Below are positions 25,801-38,900 of a stretch of 64,000 bases of DNA, in pieces. The stretch's first letter is position 1. Every line of letters begins with the position of its first letter. Made by a program: the position numbers and the translations under genes. The stretch comes from Eledone cirrhosa. Its lineage: Eukaryota. Location of the stretch: the NCBI GenBank assembly GCA_964016885.1, contig OZ024740.1:251596001-251660000 (forward strand), written 5' to 3'. The notes beneath the pieces are model-generated. The model made no database searches. It was not told the origin of the DNA and saw only the letters and a list, made by a program, of their open reading frames with translations.

Positions 25801-28800
25801 ATCTCCCCTTGATTTTTTTTACAAATTATCTCCCCCTGATTTTTTTTTACAAATTATCTCCCCCTGATTTTTTTTACAAATTATCTACCCCTGATTTTTT
25901 TTACAAATTATCTCCCCCTGATTTTTTTTTACAAATTATCTCCCTCTGATTTTTTTTTACAAATTATCTCCCCCTGATTTTTTTTTTACAAATTATCTCC
26001 CCCTGATTTTTTTACAAATTATCTCCCCCTGATTTTTTTTACAATCTCCGCCTGATTTTTTAAAAAATTATCTCCCCTTCGCTGGCTGGAAATTATCTCC
26101 CCTTGGACGCTGGAAATTATAGCCCCTTGGAGGGCTGGAAATTATCTTCCCTTGGACGGCTGGAAATTATCTCCCCTTGATTTTTTTTACAAATTATCTC
26201 CCCCTGATTTTTTTTTACAAATTATCTCCCCCTGATTTTTTTTTACAAATTATCTCCCCCTGATTTTTTTTTTTACAAATTATCTCCGCCTGATTTTTAA
26301 AAAAAAATTATCTCCCCTTGGACGGCTGGAAATTATCTCCCCTTGGACGGCTGGAAATTATCTCCCCTTGGACGGCTAGAAATTACCTCTCCTTGGACGG
26401 CTGAAAATTATCTCCCCTTGGACGGCTGCAAATTATCTCCCCTTGATTTTTTTTACAAATTATCTCCCCCTGATTTTTTTTACAAATTATCTCCCCCTGA
26501 TTTTTTTTACAAATTATCTCCCCCTGATTTTTTTTTACAAATTATCTCCCCCTGATTTTTTTTTACAAATTATCTCCCCCTGATTTTTTTTACAAATTAT
26601 CTCCCCCTGATTTTTTTTACAAATTATCTCCCCCTGATTTTTTTTTACAAATTATCTCCCCTTGATTTTTTTTTACAAATTATCTCCCCCTGATTTTTTT
26701 TTTACAAATTATCTCCCCCTGATTTTTTTACAAATTATCTCCCCCTGATTTTTTTTACAAATTATCTCCCCCTGATTTTTTTTACAAATTATCTCCCCTT
26801 GATTTTTTTTTACAAATTATCTCCCCCTGATTTTTTTTTTACAAATTATCTCCCCCTGATTTTTTTAAAAATTATCTTCCCTTGGCTGGCGGGAAATTAT
26901 CTCCCCTTGGACGGCTGGAAATTATCTCCCCTTGGAAGGATGTAAATTATCTCCCCTTGGACGGCTGGAAATTATCTCCCCTTGCACGGCTGGAAATTAT
27001 CTCCCCTTGATTTTTTTTACAAATTATCTCCCCCTGATTTTTTTTTACAAATTATCTCCCCCTGATTTTTTTTTACAAATTATCTCCCCCTGATTTTTTT
27101 TACAAATTATCTCCCCCTGATTTAAAAAAAAAAAATTATCTCCCCTTCGCTGGCTGGAAATTATCTCCCCTTGGACGCTGGAAATTATAGCCCCTTGGAG
27201 GGCTGGAAATTATCTTCCCTTGGACGGCTGGAAATTATCTTCCCTTGGACGGCTGGAAATTATCTCCCCTTGATTTTTTTTACAAATTATCTCCCCCTGA
27301 TTTTTTTTTACAAATTATCTCCCCCTGATTTTTTTTTACAAATTATCTCCCCCTGATTTTTTTTTTACAAATTATCTCCGCTTGATTTTTTAAAAAAAAT
27401 TATCTCCCCTTGGACGGTTGGAAATTATCTCCCCTTGGACGGCTAGAAATTATCTCTCCTTGGACGGCTGAAAATTATCTCCCCTTGGACGGCTGCAAAT
27501 TATCTCCCCTTGATTTTTTTTACAAATTATCTCCCCCTGATTTTTTTTTACAAATTATCTCCCCCTGATTTTTTTTTACAAATTATCTCCCCTTGATTTT
27601 TTTTTACAAATTATCTCCCCCTGATTTTTTTTTTACAAATTATCTCCCCCTGATTTTTTTACAAATTATCTCCCCCTGATTTTTTTTACAAATTATCTCC
27701 CCCTGATTTTTTTTACAAATTATCTCCCCTTGATTTTTTTTTACAAATTATCTCCCCCTGATTTTTTTTTTACAAATTATCTCCCCCTGATTTTTTTAAA
27801 AATTATCTTCCCTAGGCTGGCGGGAAATTATCTCCCCTTGGACGGCTGGAAATTATCTCCCCTTGGAAGGATGTAAATTATCTCCCCTTGGACGGCTGGA
27901 AATTATCTCCCCTTGCACGGCTGGAAATTATCTCCCCTTGATTTTTTTTACAAATTATCTCCCCCTGATTTTTTTTTACAAATTATCTCCCCCTGATTTT
28001 TTTTTACAAATTATCTCACCCTGATTTTTTTTACAAATTATCTCCCCCTGATTTAAAAAAAAAAAATTATCTCCCGTTCGCTGGCTGGAAATTATCTCCC
28101 CTTGGACGGCTAGAAATTATCTCTCCTTGGACGGCTGAAAATTATCTCCCCTTGGACGGCTGCAAATTATCTCCCCTTTATTTTTTTTACAAATTATCTC
28201 CCCCTGATTTTTTTTTACAAATTATCTCCCCCTCATTTTTTTACAAATTATCTACCCCTGATTTTTTTTACAAATTATCTCCCCCTGATTTTTTTTTACA
28301 AATTATCTCCCTCTGATTTTTTTTACAAATTATCTCCCCCTGATTTTTTTTTTACAAATTATCTCCCCCTGATTTTTTTAAAAATTATCTCCCCCTGATT
28401 TTTTTACAATCTCCGCCTGATTTTTTTAAAAATTATCTTCCCTTGGCTGGCGGGAAATTATCTCCCCTTGGACGGCTGGAAATTATCTCCCCTTGGAAGG
28501 ATGGAAATTATCTCCCCTTGGACGGCTGGATATTATCTCCCCTTGCACGGCTGGAAATTATCTCCCCTTGGCTGGAAATTATCTCCCCTTGGACGGCTAG
28601 AAATTATCTCTCTTTGGACGGCTGGAAATTATCTCCCTTTGATTTTTTTTACAAATTATCTCCCTCTGATATTTTTTACAAATCTCCCCCTGATTTTTTA
28701 AAAAAAATTATCTCCCCTTCGCTGGCTGGAAATTATCTCCCCTTGGACACTGGAAATTATAGCCCCTTGGAGGGCTGGAAATTATCTTCCCTTGGACGGC

Positions 28801-31800
28801 TGGAAATTATCTCCCCTTGATTTTTTTTACAAATTATCTCCGCCTGATTTTTTTTAAAAATTATCTCTCCTTGGACGGCTGGAAATTATCTCCCCTTGAT
28901 TTTTTTTACAAATTATCTCCCCCTGATTTTTTTTACAAATTATCTACCACTGATTTTTTTTACAAATTATCTCCCCCTGATTTTTTTTACAAATTATCTT
29001 CCCCTGATTTTTCTTTTACAAATTATCTCCCCCTGATTTTTTTACAAATTATCTCCCCCTGATTTTTTTTACAAATTATCTCCGCCTGATTTTTTTAAAT
29101 ATTATCTTCCCTTGGCTGGCGGGAAATTATCTCCCCTTGGACGGCTGGAAATTATCTGCCCTTGATTTTGTTTTTACAAATTATCTTCCACTGATTTTTT
29201 TTACAAATTATCTCCACCTGATTTTTTAAAAAATTATCTCCCCTTGGAAGGCTGGAAATTATCTCCCCTTGGACGGCTAGAAATTATCTCTCTTTGGACG
29301 GCTGGAAATTATCTCCCCTTGATTTTTTTTACAAATTATCTCCCCCTGATTTTTTTTACAAATATCCCAGTGATTTTTTTAAAAAAATTATCTCCCCTTC
29401 GCTGGCTGGAAATTATCTCCCCTTGGACGCTGGAAATTATAGCCCCTTGGAGGGCTGGAAATTATCTTCCCTTGGACGGCTGGAAATTATCTCCCCTTGA
29501 TTTTTTTTACAAATTATCTCCCCCTGATTTTTTTTTACAAATTATCTCCCCCTGATTTTTTTTTACAAATTATCTCCCCCTGATTTTTTTTACAACTTAT
29601 CTCCGCCTGATTTTTTTTAAAAAATCATCTCCCCTTGGACGGCTGGAAATTATCTCCCCTTGGACGGCTGGAAATTATCTCTCCTTGGACGGCTAGAAAT
29701 TACCTCTCCTTGGACAATTGAAAATTATCTCCCCTTGGACGGCTGGAAATTATCTCCCCTTGATTTTTTTTACAAATTATCTCCCCCTGATTTTTTTTAC
29801 AAATTATCTCCCCTGATTTTTTTTTACAAATTATCTCCCCCTGATTTTTTTTTACAAATTATCTCCCCCTGATTTTTTTTACAAATTATCTCCCCCTGAT
29901 TTTTTTACAAATTATCTCCCCTTGGCTGGCTGGAAATTATCTCCCCTTGGAGGCAGGAATTTATCTCCCCTTGGACGGCTAGAAATTACCTCTCCTTGGA
30001 CGGCTGGAAAATATGTCTCCTTGGACGGCTGGAAATTATCTCCCCTTGGACGGCTGGAAATTATCTCCCCTTGGACGGCTGGAAATTATCTCCCCTTGGA
30101 CGGCTAGAAATTACCTCTCCTTGGACGGCTGAAAATTATCTCCCCTTGGACGGCTGGAAATTATCTCCCCTTGATTTTTTTACAAATTATCTCCCCCTGA
30201 TTTTTTTTTACAAATTATCTCCCCCTGATTTTTTTTACAAATTATCTCCCCCTGATTTTTTTTACAAATTATCTCCCCCTGATTTTTTTTACAAATTATC
30301 TCCGCCTGATTTTTTTAAATATTATCTCTCCTTGGCTGGCGGGAAATTATCTCCCCTTGGACGGCTGCAAATTATCTCCGCTTGATTTTTTTTACAAATT
30401 ATCTCCCCCTGATTTTTTTTTACAAATTATCTCCCCCTGATTTTTTTTACAAATTATCTCCCCCTGATTTTTTTTACAAATTATCTCCCCCTGATTTTTT
30501 TTTACAAATTATCTCCCCTTGATTTTTTTTTACAAATTATCTCCCCCTGATTTTTTTTTTACAAATTATCTCCCCCTGATTTTTTTACAAATTATCTCCC
30601 CCTGATTTTTTTTACAAATTATCTCCCCCTGATTTTTTTTACAAATTATCTCCCCTTGATTTTTTTTTACAAATTATCTCCCCCTGATTTTTTTTTTACA
30701 AATTATCTCCCCCTGATTTTTTTAAAAATTATCTTCCCTTGGCTGGCGGGAAATTATCTCCCCTTGGACGGCTGGAAATTATCTCCCCTTGGAAGGATGT
30801 AAATTATCTCCCCTTGGACGGCTGGAAATTATCTCCCCTTGCACGGCTGGAAATTATCTCCCCTTGATTTTTTTTACAAATTATCTCCCCCTGATTTTTT
30901 TTTACAAATTATCTCCCCCTGATTTTTTTTTACAAATTATCTCCCCCTGATTTTTTTTACAAATTATCTCCCCCTGATTTTTAAAAAAAAAATTATCTCC
31001 CCTTCGCTGGCTGGAAATTATCTCCCCTTGGACGCTGGAAATTATAGCCCCTTGGAGGGCTGGAAATTATCTTCCCTTGGACGGCTGGAAATTATCTTCC
31101 CTTGGACGGCTGGAAATTATCTCCCCTTGATTTTTTTTACAAATTATCTCCCCCTGATTTTTTTTTACAAATTATCTCCCCCTGATTTTTTTTTACAAAT
31201 TATCTCCCCCTGATTTTTTTTTTACAAATTATCTCCGCTTGATTTTTTAAAAAAAATTATCTCCCCTTGAAAGGCTGGAAATTATCTCCCCGTGGACGGC
31301 TGGAAATTATCTCCCCTTGGACGGCTAGAAATTATCTCTCCTTGGACGGCTGAAAATTATCTCCCCTTGGACGGCTGCAAATTATCTCCCCTTGATTTTT
31401 TTTACAAATTATCTCCCCCTGATTTTTTTTTACAAATTATCTCCCCCTGATTTTTTTTACAAATTATCTACCCCTGATTTTTTTTACAAATTATCTCTCC
31501 CTGATTTTTTTTACAAATTATCTCCCTCTGATTTTTTTTTACAAATTATCTCCCCCTGATTTTTTTTTTACAAATTATCTCCCCCTGATTTTTTTACAAA
31601 TTATCTCCCCCTGATTTTTTTTACAATCTCCGCCTGATTTTTTAAAAAATTATCTTCCCTTGGCTGGCGGGAAATTATCTCCCCTTGGACGGCTGGAAAT
31701 TATCTCCCCTTGGACGGCTAGAAATTATCTCTCTTTGGACGGCTGGAAATTATCTCCCCTTGATTTTTTTTACAAATTATCTCCCCCTGATTTTTTTTAC

Positions 31801-33679
31801 AAATTATCCCCGCATGATTTAAAAAAAAAAAATTATCTCCCCTTCGCTGGCTGGAAATTATCTCCCCTTGGACGCTGGAAATTATAGCCCCTTGGAGGGC
31901 TGGAAATTATCTTCCCTTGGACGGCTGGAAATTATCTCCCCTTGATTTTTTTTACAAATTATCTCCCCCTGATTTTTTTTTACAAATTATCTCCCCCTGA
32001 TTTTTTTTTACAAATTATCTCCCCCTGATTTTTTTTTTACAAATTATCTCCGCTTGATTTTTTAAAAAAAATTATCTCCCCTTGGACGGCTGGAAATTAT
32101 CTCCCCTTGGACGGCTGGAAATTATCTCTCCTTGGACGGCTAGAAATTATCTCTCCTTGGACGGCTGAAAATTATCTCCCCTTGGACGGCTGCAAATTAT
32201 CTCCCCTTGATTTTTTTTACAAATTATCTCCCCCTGATTTTTTTTTACAAATTATCTCCCCCTGATTTTTTTTTACAAATTATCTCCCCTTGATTTTTTT
32301 TTACAAATTATCTCCCCCTGATTTTTTTTTTACAAATTATCTCCCCCTGATTTTTTTACAAATTATCTCCCCCTGATTTTTTTTACAAATTATCTCCCCC
32401 TGATTTTTTTTACAAATTATCTCCCCTTGATTTTTTTTTACAAATTATCTCCCCCTGATTTTTTTTTTACAAATTATCTCCCCCTGATTTTTTTAAAAAT
32501 TATCTTCCCTTGGCTGGCGGGAAATTATCTCCCCTTGGACGGCTGGAAATTATCTCCCCTTGGAAGGATGTAAATTATCTCCCCTTGGACGGCTGGAAAT
32601 TATCTCCCTTGCACGGCTGGAAATTATCTCCCCTTGATTTTTTTTACAAATTATCTCCCCCTGATTTTTTTTTGCAAATTATCTCCCCCTGATTTTTTTT
32701 TACAAATTATCTCCCCCTGATTTTTTTTACAAATTATCTCCCCCTGATTTTAAAAAAAAAAATTATCTCCCCTTCGCTGGCTGGAAATTATCTCCCCTTG
32801 GACGCTGGAAATTATAGCCCCTTGGAGGGCTGGAAATTATCTTCCCTTGGACGGCTGGAAATTATCTTCCCTTGGACGGCTGGAAATTATCTCCCCTTGA
32901 TTTTTTTTACAAATTATCTCCCCCTGATTTTTTTTTACAAATTATCTCCCCCTGATTTTTTTTTACAAATTATCTCCCCCTGATTTTTTTTTTACAAATT
33001 ATCTCCGCTTGATTTTTTAAAAAAAATTATCTCCCCTTGGACGGCTGGAAATTATCTCCCCTTGGACGGCTGGAAATTATCTCCCCTTGGACGGCTAGAA
33101 ATTATCTCTCCTTGGACGGCTGAAAATTATCTCCCCTTGGACGGCTGCAAATTATCTCCCCTTGATTTTTTTTACAAATTATCTCCCCCTGATTTTTTTT
33201 TACAAATTATCTCCCCCTGATTTTTTTTTACAAATTATCTACCCCTGATTTTTTTTACAAATTATCTCCCCCTGATTTTTTTTACAAATTATCTCCCCCT
33301 GATTTTTCTTTTACAAATTATCTCCCCCTGATTTTTTTACAAATTATCTCCCCCTGATTTTTTTTACAAATTATCTCCGCCTGATTTTTTTAAATATTAT
33401 CTTCCCTTGGCTGGCGGGAAATTATCTCCCCTTGGACGGCTGGAAATTATCTGCCCTTGATTTTGTTTTTACAAATTATCTTCCACTGATTTTTTTTACA
33501 AATTATCTCCACCTGATTTTTTAAAAAATTATCTCCCCTTGGAAGGCTGGAAATTATCTCCCCTTGGACGGCTAGAAATTATCTCTCTTTGGACGGCTGG
33601 AAATTATCTCCCCTTGATTTTTTTTACAAATTATCTCCCCCTGATTTTCTTTACAAATATCCCAGTGATTTTTTTTAAA

Positions 33680-35990
33680 AAATTATCTCCCCTTCGCTGG
33701 CTGGAAATTATCTCCCCTTGGACGCTGGAAATTATAGCCCCTTGGAGGGCTGGAAATTATCTTCCCTTGGACGGCTGGAAATTATCTCCCCTTGATTTTT
33801 TTTACAAATTATCTCCCCCTGATTTTTTTTTACAAATTATCTCCCCCTGATTTTTTTTTACAAATTATCTCCCCCTGATTTTTTTTTACAACTTATCTCC
33901 GCCTGATTTTTTTTAAAAAATCATCTCCCCTTGGACGGCTGGAAATTATCTCCCCTTGGACGGCTGGAAATTATCTCTCCTTGGACGGCTAGAAATTACC
34001 TCTCCTTGGACGGCTGAAAATTATCTCCCCTTGGACGGCTGGAAATTATCTCCCCTTGATTTTTTTACAAATTATCTTCCCCTGATTTTTTTTACAAATT
34101 ATCTCCCCTGATTTTTTTTTACAAATTATCTCCCCCTGATTTTTTTTTACAAATTATCTCCCCCTGATTTTTTTTACAAATTATCTCCCCCTGATTTTTT
34201 TACAAATTATCTCCCCTTGGCTGGCTGGAAATTATCTCCCCTTGGAGGCAGGAATTTATCTCCCCTTGGACGGCTAGAAATTACCTCTCCTTGGACGGCT
34301 GGAAAATATGTCTCCTTGGACGGCTGGAAATTATCTCCCCTTGGACGGCTGGAAATTATCTCCCCTTGGACGGCTGGAAATTATCTCCCCTTGGACGGCT
34401 AGAAATTACCTCTCCTTGGACGGCTGAAAATTATCTCCCCTTGGACGGCTGGAAATTATCTCCCCTTGATTTTTTTACAAATTATCTCCCCCTGATTTTT
34501 TTTTACAAATTATCTCCCCCTGATTTTTTTTTACAAATTATCTCCCACTGATTTTTTTTTACAAATTATCTCCCCCTGATTTTTTTTTACAAATTATCTC
34601 CGCCTGATTTTTTTAAAAAAATTGTCTCCCCTTGGACGGCTGGAAATTATCTCCCCTTGGACGGCTGGAAATTATCTCCCCTTGGACGGCTAGAAATTAC
34701 CTCTCCTTGGACGGCTGAAAATTATCTCCCCTTGGACGGCTGCAAATTATCTCCCCTTGATTTTTTTTACAAATTATCTCCCCTGATTTTTTTTACAAAT
34801 TATCTCCCCCTGATTTTTTTTACAAATTATCTCCCCCTGATTTTTAAAAAAAAAATTATCTCCCCTTCGCTGGCTGGAAATTATCTCCCCTTGGACGCTG
34901 GAAATTATAGCCCCTTGGAGGGCTGGAAATTATCTTCCCTTGGACGGCTGGAAATTATCTCCCCTTGATTTTTTTTACAAATTATCTCCCCCTGATTTTT
35001 TTTTACAAATTATCTCCCCCTGATTTTTTTTACAAATTATCTCCCCCTGATTTTTTTTTACAACTTATCTCCGCCTGATTTTTTTTAAAAAATCATCTCC
35101 CCTTGGACGGCTGGAAATTATCTCCCCTTGGACGGCTGGAAATTATCTCCCCTTGGACGGCTGGAAATTATCTCTCCTTGGACGGCTAGAAATTACCTCT
35201 CCTTGGACGGCTGAAAATTATCTCCCCTTGGACGGCTGGAAATTATCTCCCCTTGATTTTTTTTACAAATTATCTCCCCCTGATTTTTTTGTACAAATTA
35301 TCTCCCCCTGATTTTTTTTACAAATTATCTCCCCCTGATTTTTTTACAAATTATCTCCCCTTGGCTGGCTGGAAATTATCTCCCCTTGGAGGCAGGAATT
35401 TATCTCCCCTTGGACGGCTAGAAATTACCTCTCCTTGGACGGCTGGAAAATATGTCTCCTTGGACGGCTGGAAATTATCTCCCCTTGGACGGCTGGAAAT
35501 TATCTCCCCTTGGACGGCTGGAAATTATCTCCCCTTGGACGGCTAGAAATTACCTCTCCTTGGACGGCTGAAAATTATCTCCCCTTGGACGGCTGGAAAT
35601 TATCTCCCCTTGATTTTTTTACAAATTATCTCCCCCTGATTCTTTTTTACAAATTATCTCCCCCTGATTTTTTTTTACAAATTATCTCCCACTGATTTTT
35701 TTTTACAAATTATCTCCCCCTGATTTTTTTTTTACAAATTATCTCCGCCTGATTTTTTTAAAAAAATTATCTCCCCTTGGACGGCTGGAAATTACCTCTC
35801 CTTGGACGGCTGAAAATTATCTCCCCTTGGACGGCTGCAAATTATCTCCCCTTGATTTTTTTTACAAATTATCTCCCCCTGATTTTTTTTACAAATTATC
35901 TCCCCCTGATTTTTTTTACAAATTATCTCCCCCTGATTTTTTTTTACAAATTATCTCCCCCTGATTTTTTTTTACAAATTATCTCCCCCT
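33680..35990 (+). repeat. Imperfect ~1.15-kb duplication nested in the 10,144-bp unit (approximate bounds)
   Basis: The 10-monomer A block carrying ggaggcagg / aaaatatgtctcc recurs at +1,144 (34291->35435, 44435->45579). The upstream cassette is offset by ~1,173. Confidence 0.8.
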
Positions 35991-38900
35991 GATTTTTTTT
36001 ACAAATTATCTCCCCCTGATTTTTTTTACAAATTATCTCCCCCTGATTTTTTTTTACAAATTATCTCCCCTTGATTTTTTTTTACAAATTATCTGCCCCT
36101 GATTTTTTTTTTACAAATTATCTCCCCCTGATTTTTTTACAAATTATCTCCCCCTGATTTTTTTTACAAATTATCTCCCGCTGATTTTTTTTTACAAATT
36201 ATCTCCCCTTGATTTTTTTTTACAAATTATCTCCCCTTGATTTTTTTTTACAAATTATCTCCCCCTGATTTTTTTTTTACAAATTATCTCCCCCTGATTT
36301 TTTTAAAAATTATCTTCCCTTGGCTGGCGGGAAATTATCTCCCCTTGGACGGCTGGAAATTATCTCCCCTTGGAAGGATGTAAATTATCTCCCCTTGGAC
36401 GGCTGGAAATTATCTCCCCTTGCACGGCTGGAAATTATCTCCCCTTGATTTTTTTTACAAATTATCTCCCCCTGATTTTTTTTTACAAATTATCTCCCCC
36501 TGATTTTTTTTTACAAATTATCTCCCCCTGATTTTTTTTACAAATTATCTCCCCCTGATTTTAAAAAAAAAAATTATCTCCCCTTCGCTGGCTGGAAATT
36601 ATCTCCCCTTGGACGCTGGAAATTATAGCCCCTTGGAGGGCTGGAAATTATCTTCCCTTGGACGGCTGGAAATTATCTTCCCTTGGACGGCTGGAAATTA
36701 TCTCCCCTTGATTTTTTTTACAAATTATCTCCCCCTGATTTTTTTTTACAAATTATCTCCCCCTGATTTTTTTTACAAATTATCTACCCCTGATTTTTTT
36801 TACAAATTATCTCCCCCTGATTTTTTTTTACAAATTATCTCCCTCTGATTTTTTTTTACAAATTATCTCCCCCTGATTTTTTTTTTACAAATTATCTCCC
36901 CCTGATTTTTTTACAAATTATCTCCCCCTGATTTTTTTTACAATCTCCGCCTGATTTTTTAAAAAATTATCTTCCCTTGGCTGGCGGGAAATTATCTCCC
37001 CTTGGACGGCTGGAAATTATCTCCCCTTGGACGGCTAGAAATTATCTCTCTTTGGACGGCTGGAAATTATCTCCCCTTGATTTTTTTTACAAATTATCTC
37101 CCCCTGATTTTTTTTACAAATTATCCCCGCATGATTTTTAAAAAAAAAGTTATCTCCCCTTCGCTGGCTGGAAATTATCTCCCCTTGGACGCTGGAAATT
37201 ATAGCCCCTTGGAGGGCTGGAAATTATCTTCCCTTGGACGGCTGGAAATTATCTCCCCTTGATTTTTTTTACAAATTATCTCCCCCTGATTTTTTTTTAC
37301 AAATTATCTCCCCCTGATTTTTTTTTACAAATTATCTCCCCCTGATTTTTTTTTTTACAAATTATCTCCGCCTGATTTTTAAAAAAAAATTATCTCCCCT
37401 TGGACGGGTGGAAATTATCTCCCCTTGGACGGCTGGAAATTATCTCCCCTTGGACGGCTAGAAATTACCTCTCCTTGGACGGCTGAAAATTATCTCCCCT
37501 TGGACGGCTGCAAATTATCTCCCCTTGATTTTTTTTACAAATTATCTCCCCCTGATTTTTTTTACAAATTATCTCCCCCTGATTTTTTTTACAAATTATC
37601 TCCCCCTGATTTTTTTTTACAAATTATCTCCCCCTGATTTTTTTTTACAAATTATCTCCCCCTGATTTTTTTTACAAATTATCTCCCCCTGATTTTTTTT
37701 ACAAATTATCTCCCCCTGATTTTTTTTTACAAATTATCTCCCCTTGATTTTTTTTTACAAATTATCTCCCCCTGATTTTTTTTTTACAAATTATCTCCCC
37801 CTGATTTTTTTACAAATTATCTCCCCCTGATTTTTTTTACAAATTATCTCCCCCTGATTTTTTTTACAAATTATCTCCCCTTGATTTTTCTTTACAAATT
37901 ATCTCCCCTTGATTTTTTTTTACAAATTATCTCCCCCTGATTTTTTTTTTACAAATTATCTCCCCCTGATTTTTTTAAAAATTATCTTCCCTTGGCTGGC
38001 GGGAAATTATCTCCCCTTGGACGGCTGGAAATTATCTCCCCTTGGAAGGATGTAAATTATCTCCCCTTGGACGGCTGGAAATTATCTCCCCTTGCACGGC
38101 TGGAAATTATCTCCCCTTGATTTTTTTTACAAATTATCTCCCCCTGATTTTTTTTACAAATTATCTCCCCCTGATTTTTTTTTACAAATTATCTCCCCCT
38201 GATTTTTTTTACAAATTATCTCCCCCTGATTTTTAAAAAAAAAATTATCTCCCCTTCGCTGGCTGGAAATTATCTCCCCTTGGACGCTGGAAATTATAGC
38301 CCCTTGGAGGGCTGGAAATTATCTTCCCTTGGACGGCTGGAAATTATCTTCCCTTGGACGGCTGGAAATTATCTCCCCTTGATTTTTTTTACAAATTATC
38401 TCCCCCTGATTTTTTTTTACAAATTATCTCCCCCTGATTTTTTTTACAAATTATCTACCCCTGATTTTTTTTACAAATTATCTCCCCCTGATTTTTTTTT
38501 ACAAATTATCTCCCTCTGATTTTTTTTTACAAATTATCTCCCCCTGATTTTTTTTTTACAAATTATCTCCCCCTGATTTTTTTACAAATTATCTCCCCCT
38601 GATTTTTTTTACAATCTCCGCCTGATTTTTTAAAAAATTATCTCCCCTTCGCTGGCTGGAAATTATCTCCCCTTGGACGCTGGAAATTATAGCCCCTTGG
38701 AGGGCTGGAAATTATCTTCCCTTGGACGGCTGGAAATTATCTCCCCTTGATTTTTTTTACAAATTATCTCCCCCTGATTTTTTTTTACAAATTATCTCCC
38801 CCTGATTTTTTTTTACAAATTATCTCCCCCTGATTTTTTTTTTTACAAATTATCTCCGCCTGATTTTTAAAAAAAAATTATCTCCCCTTGGACGGCTGGA

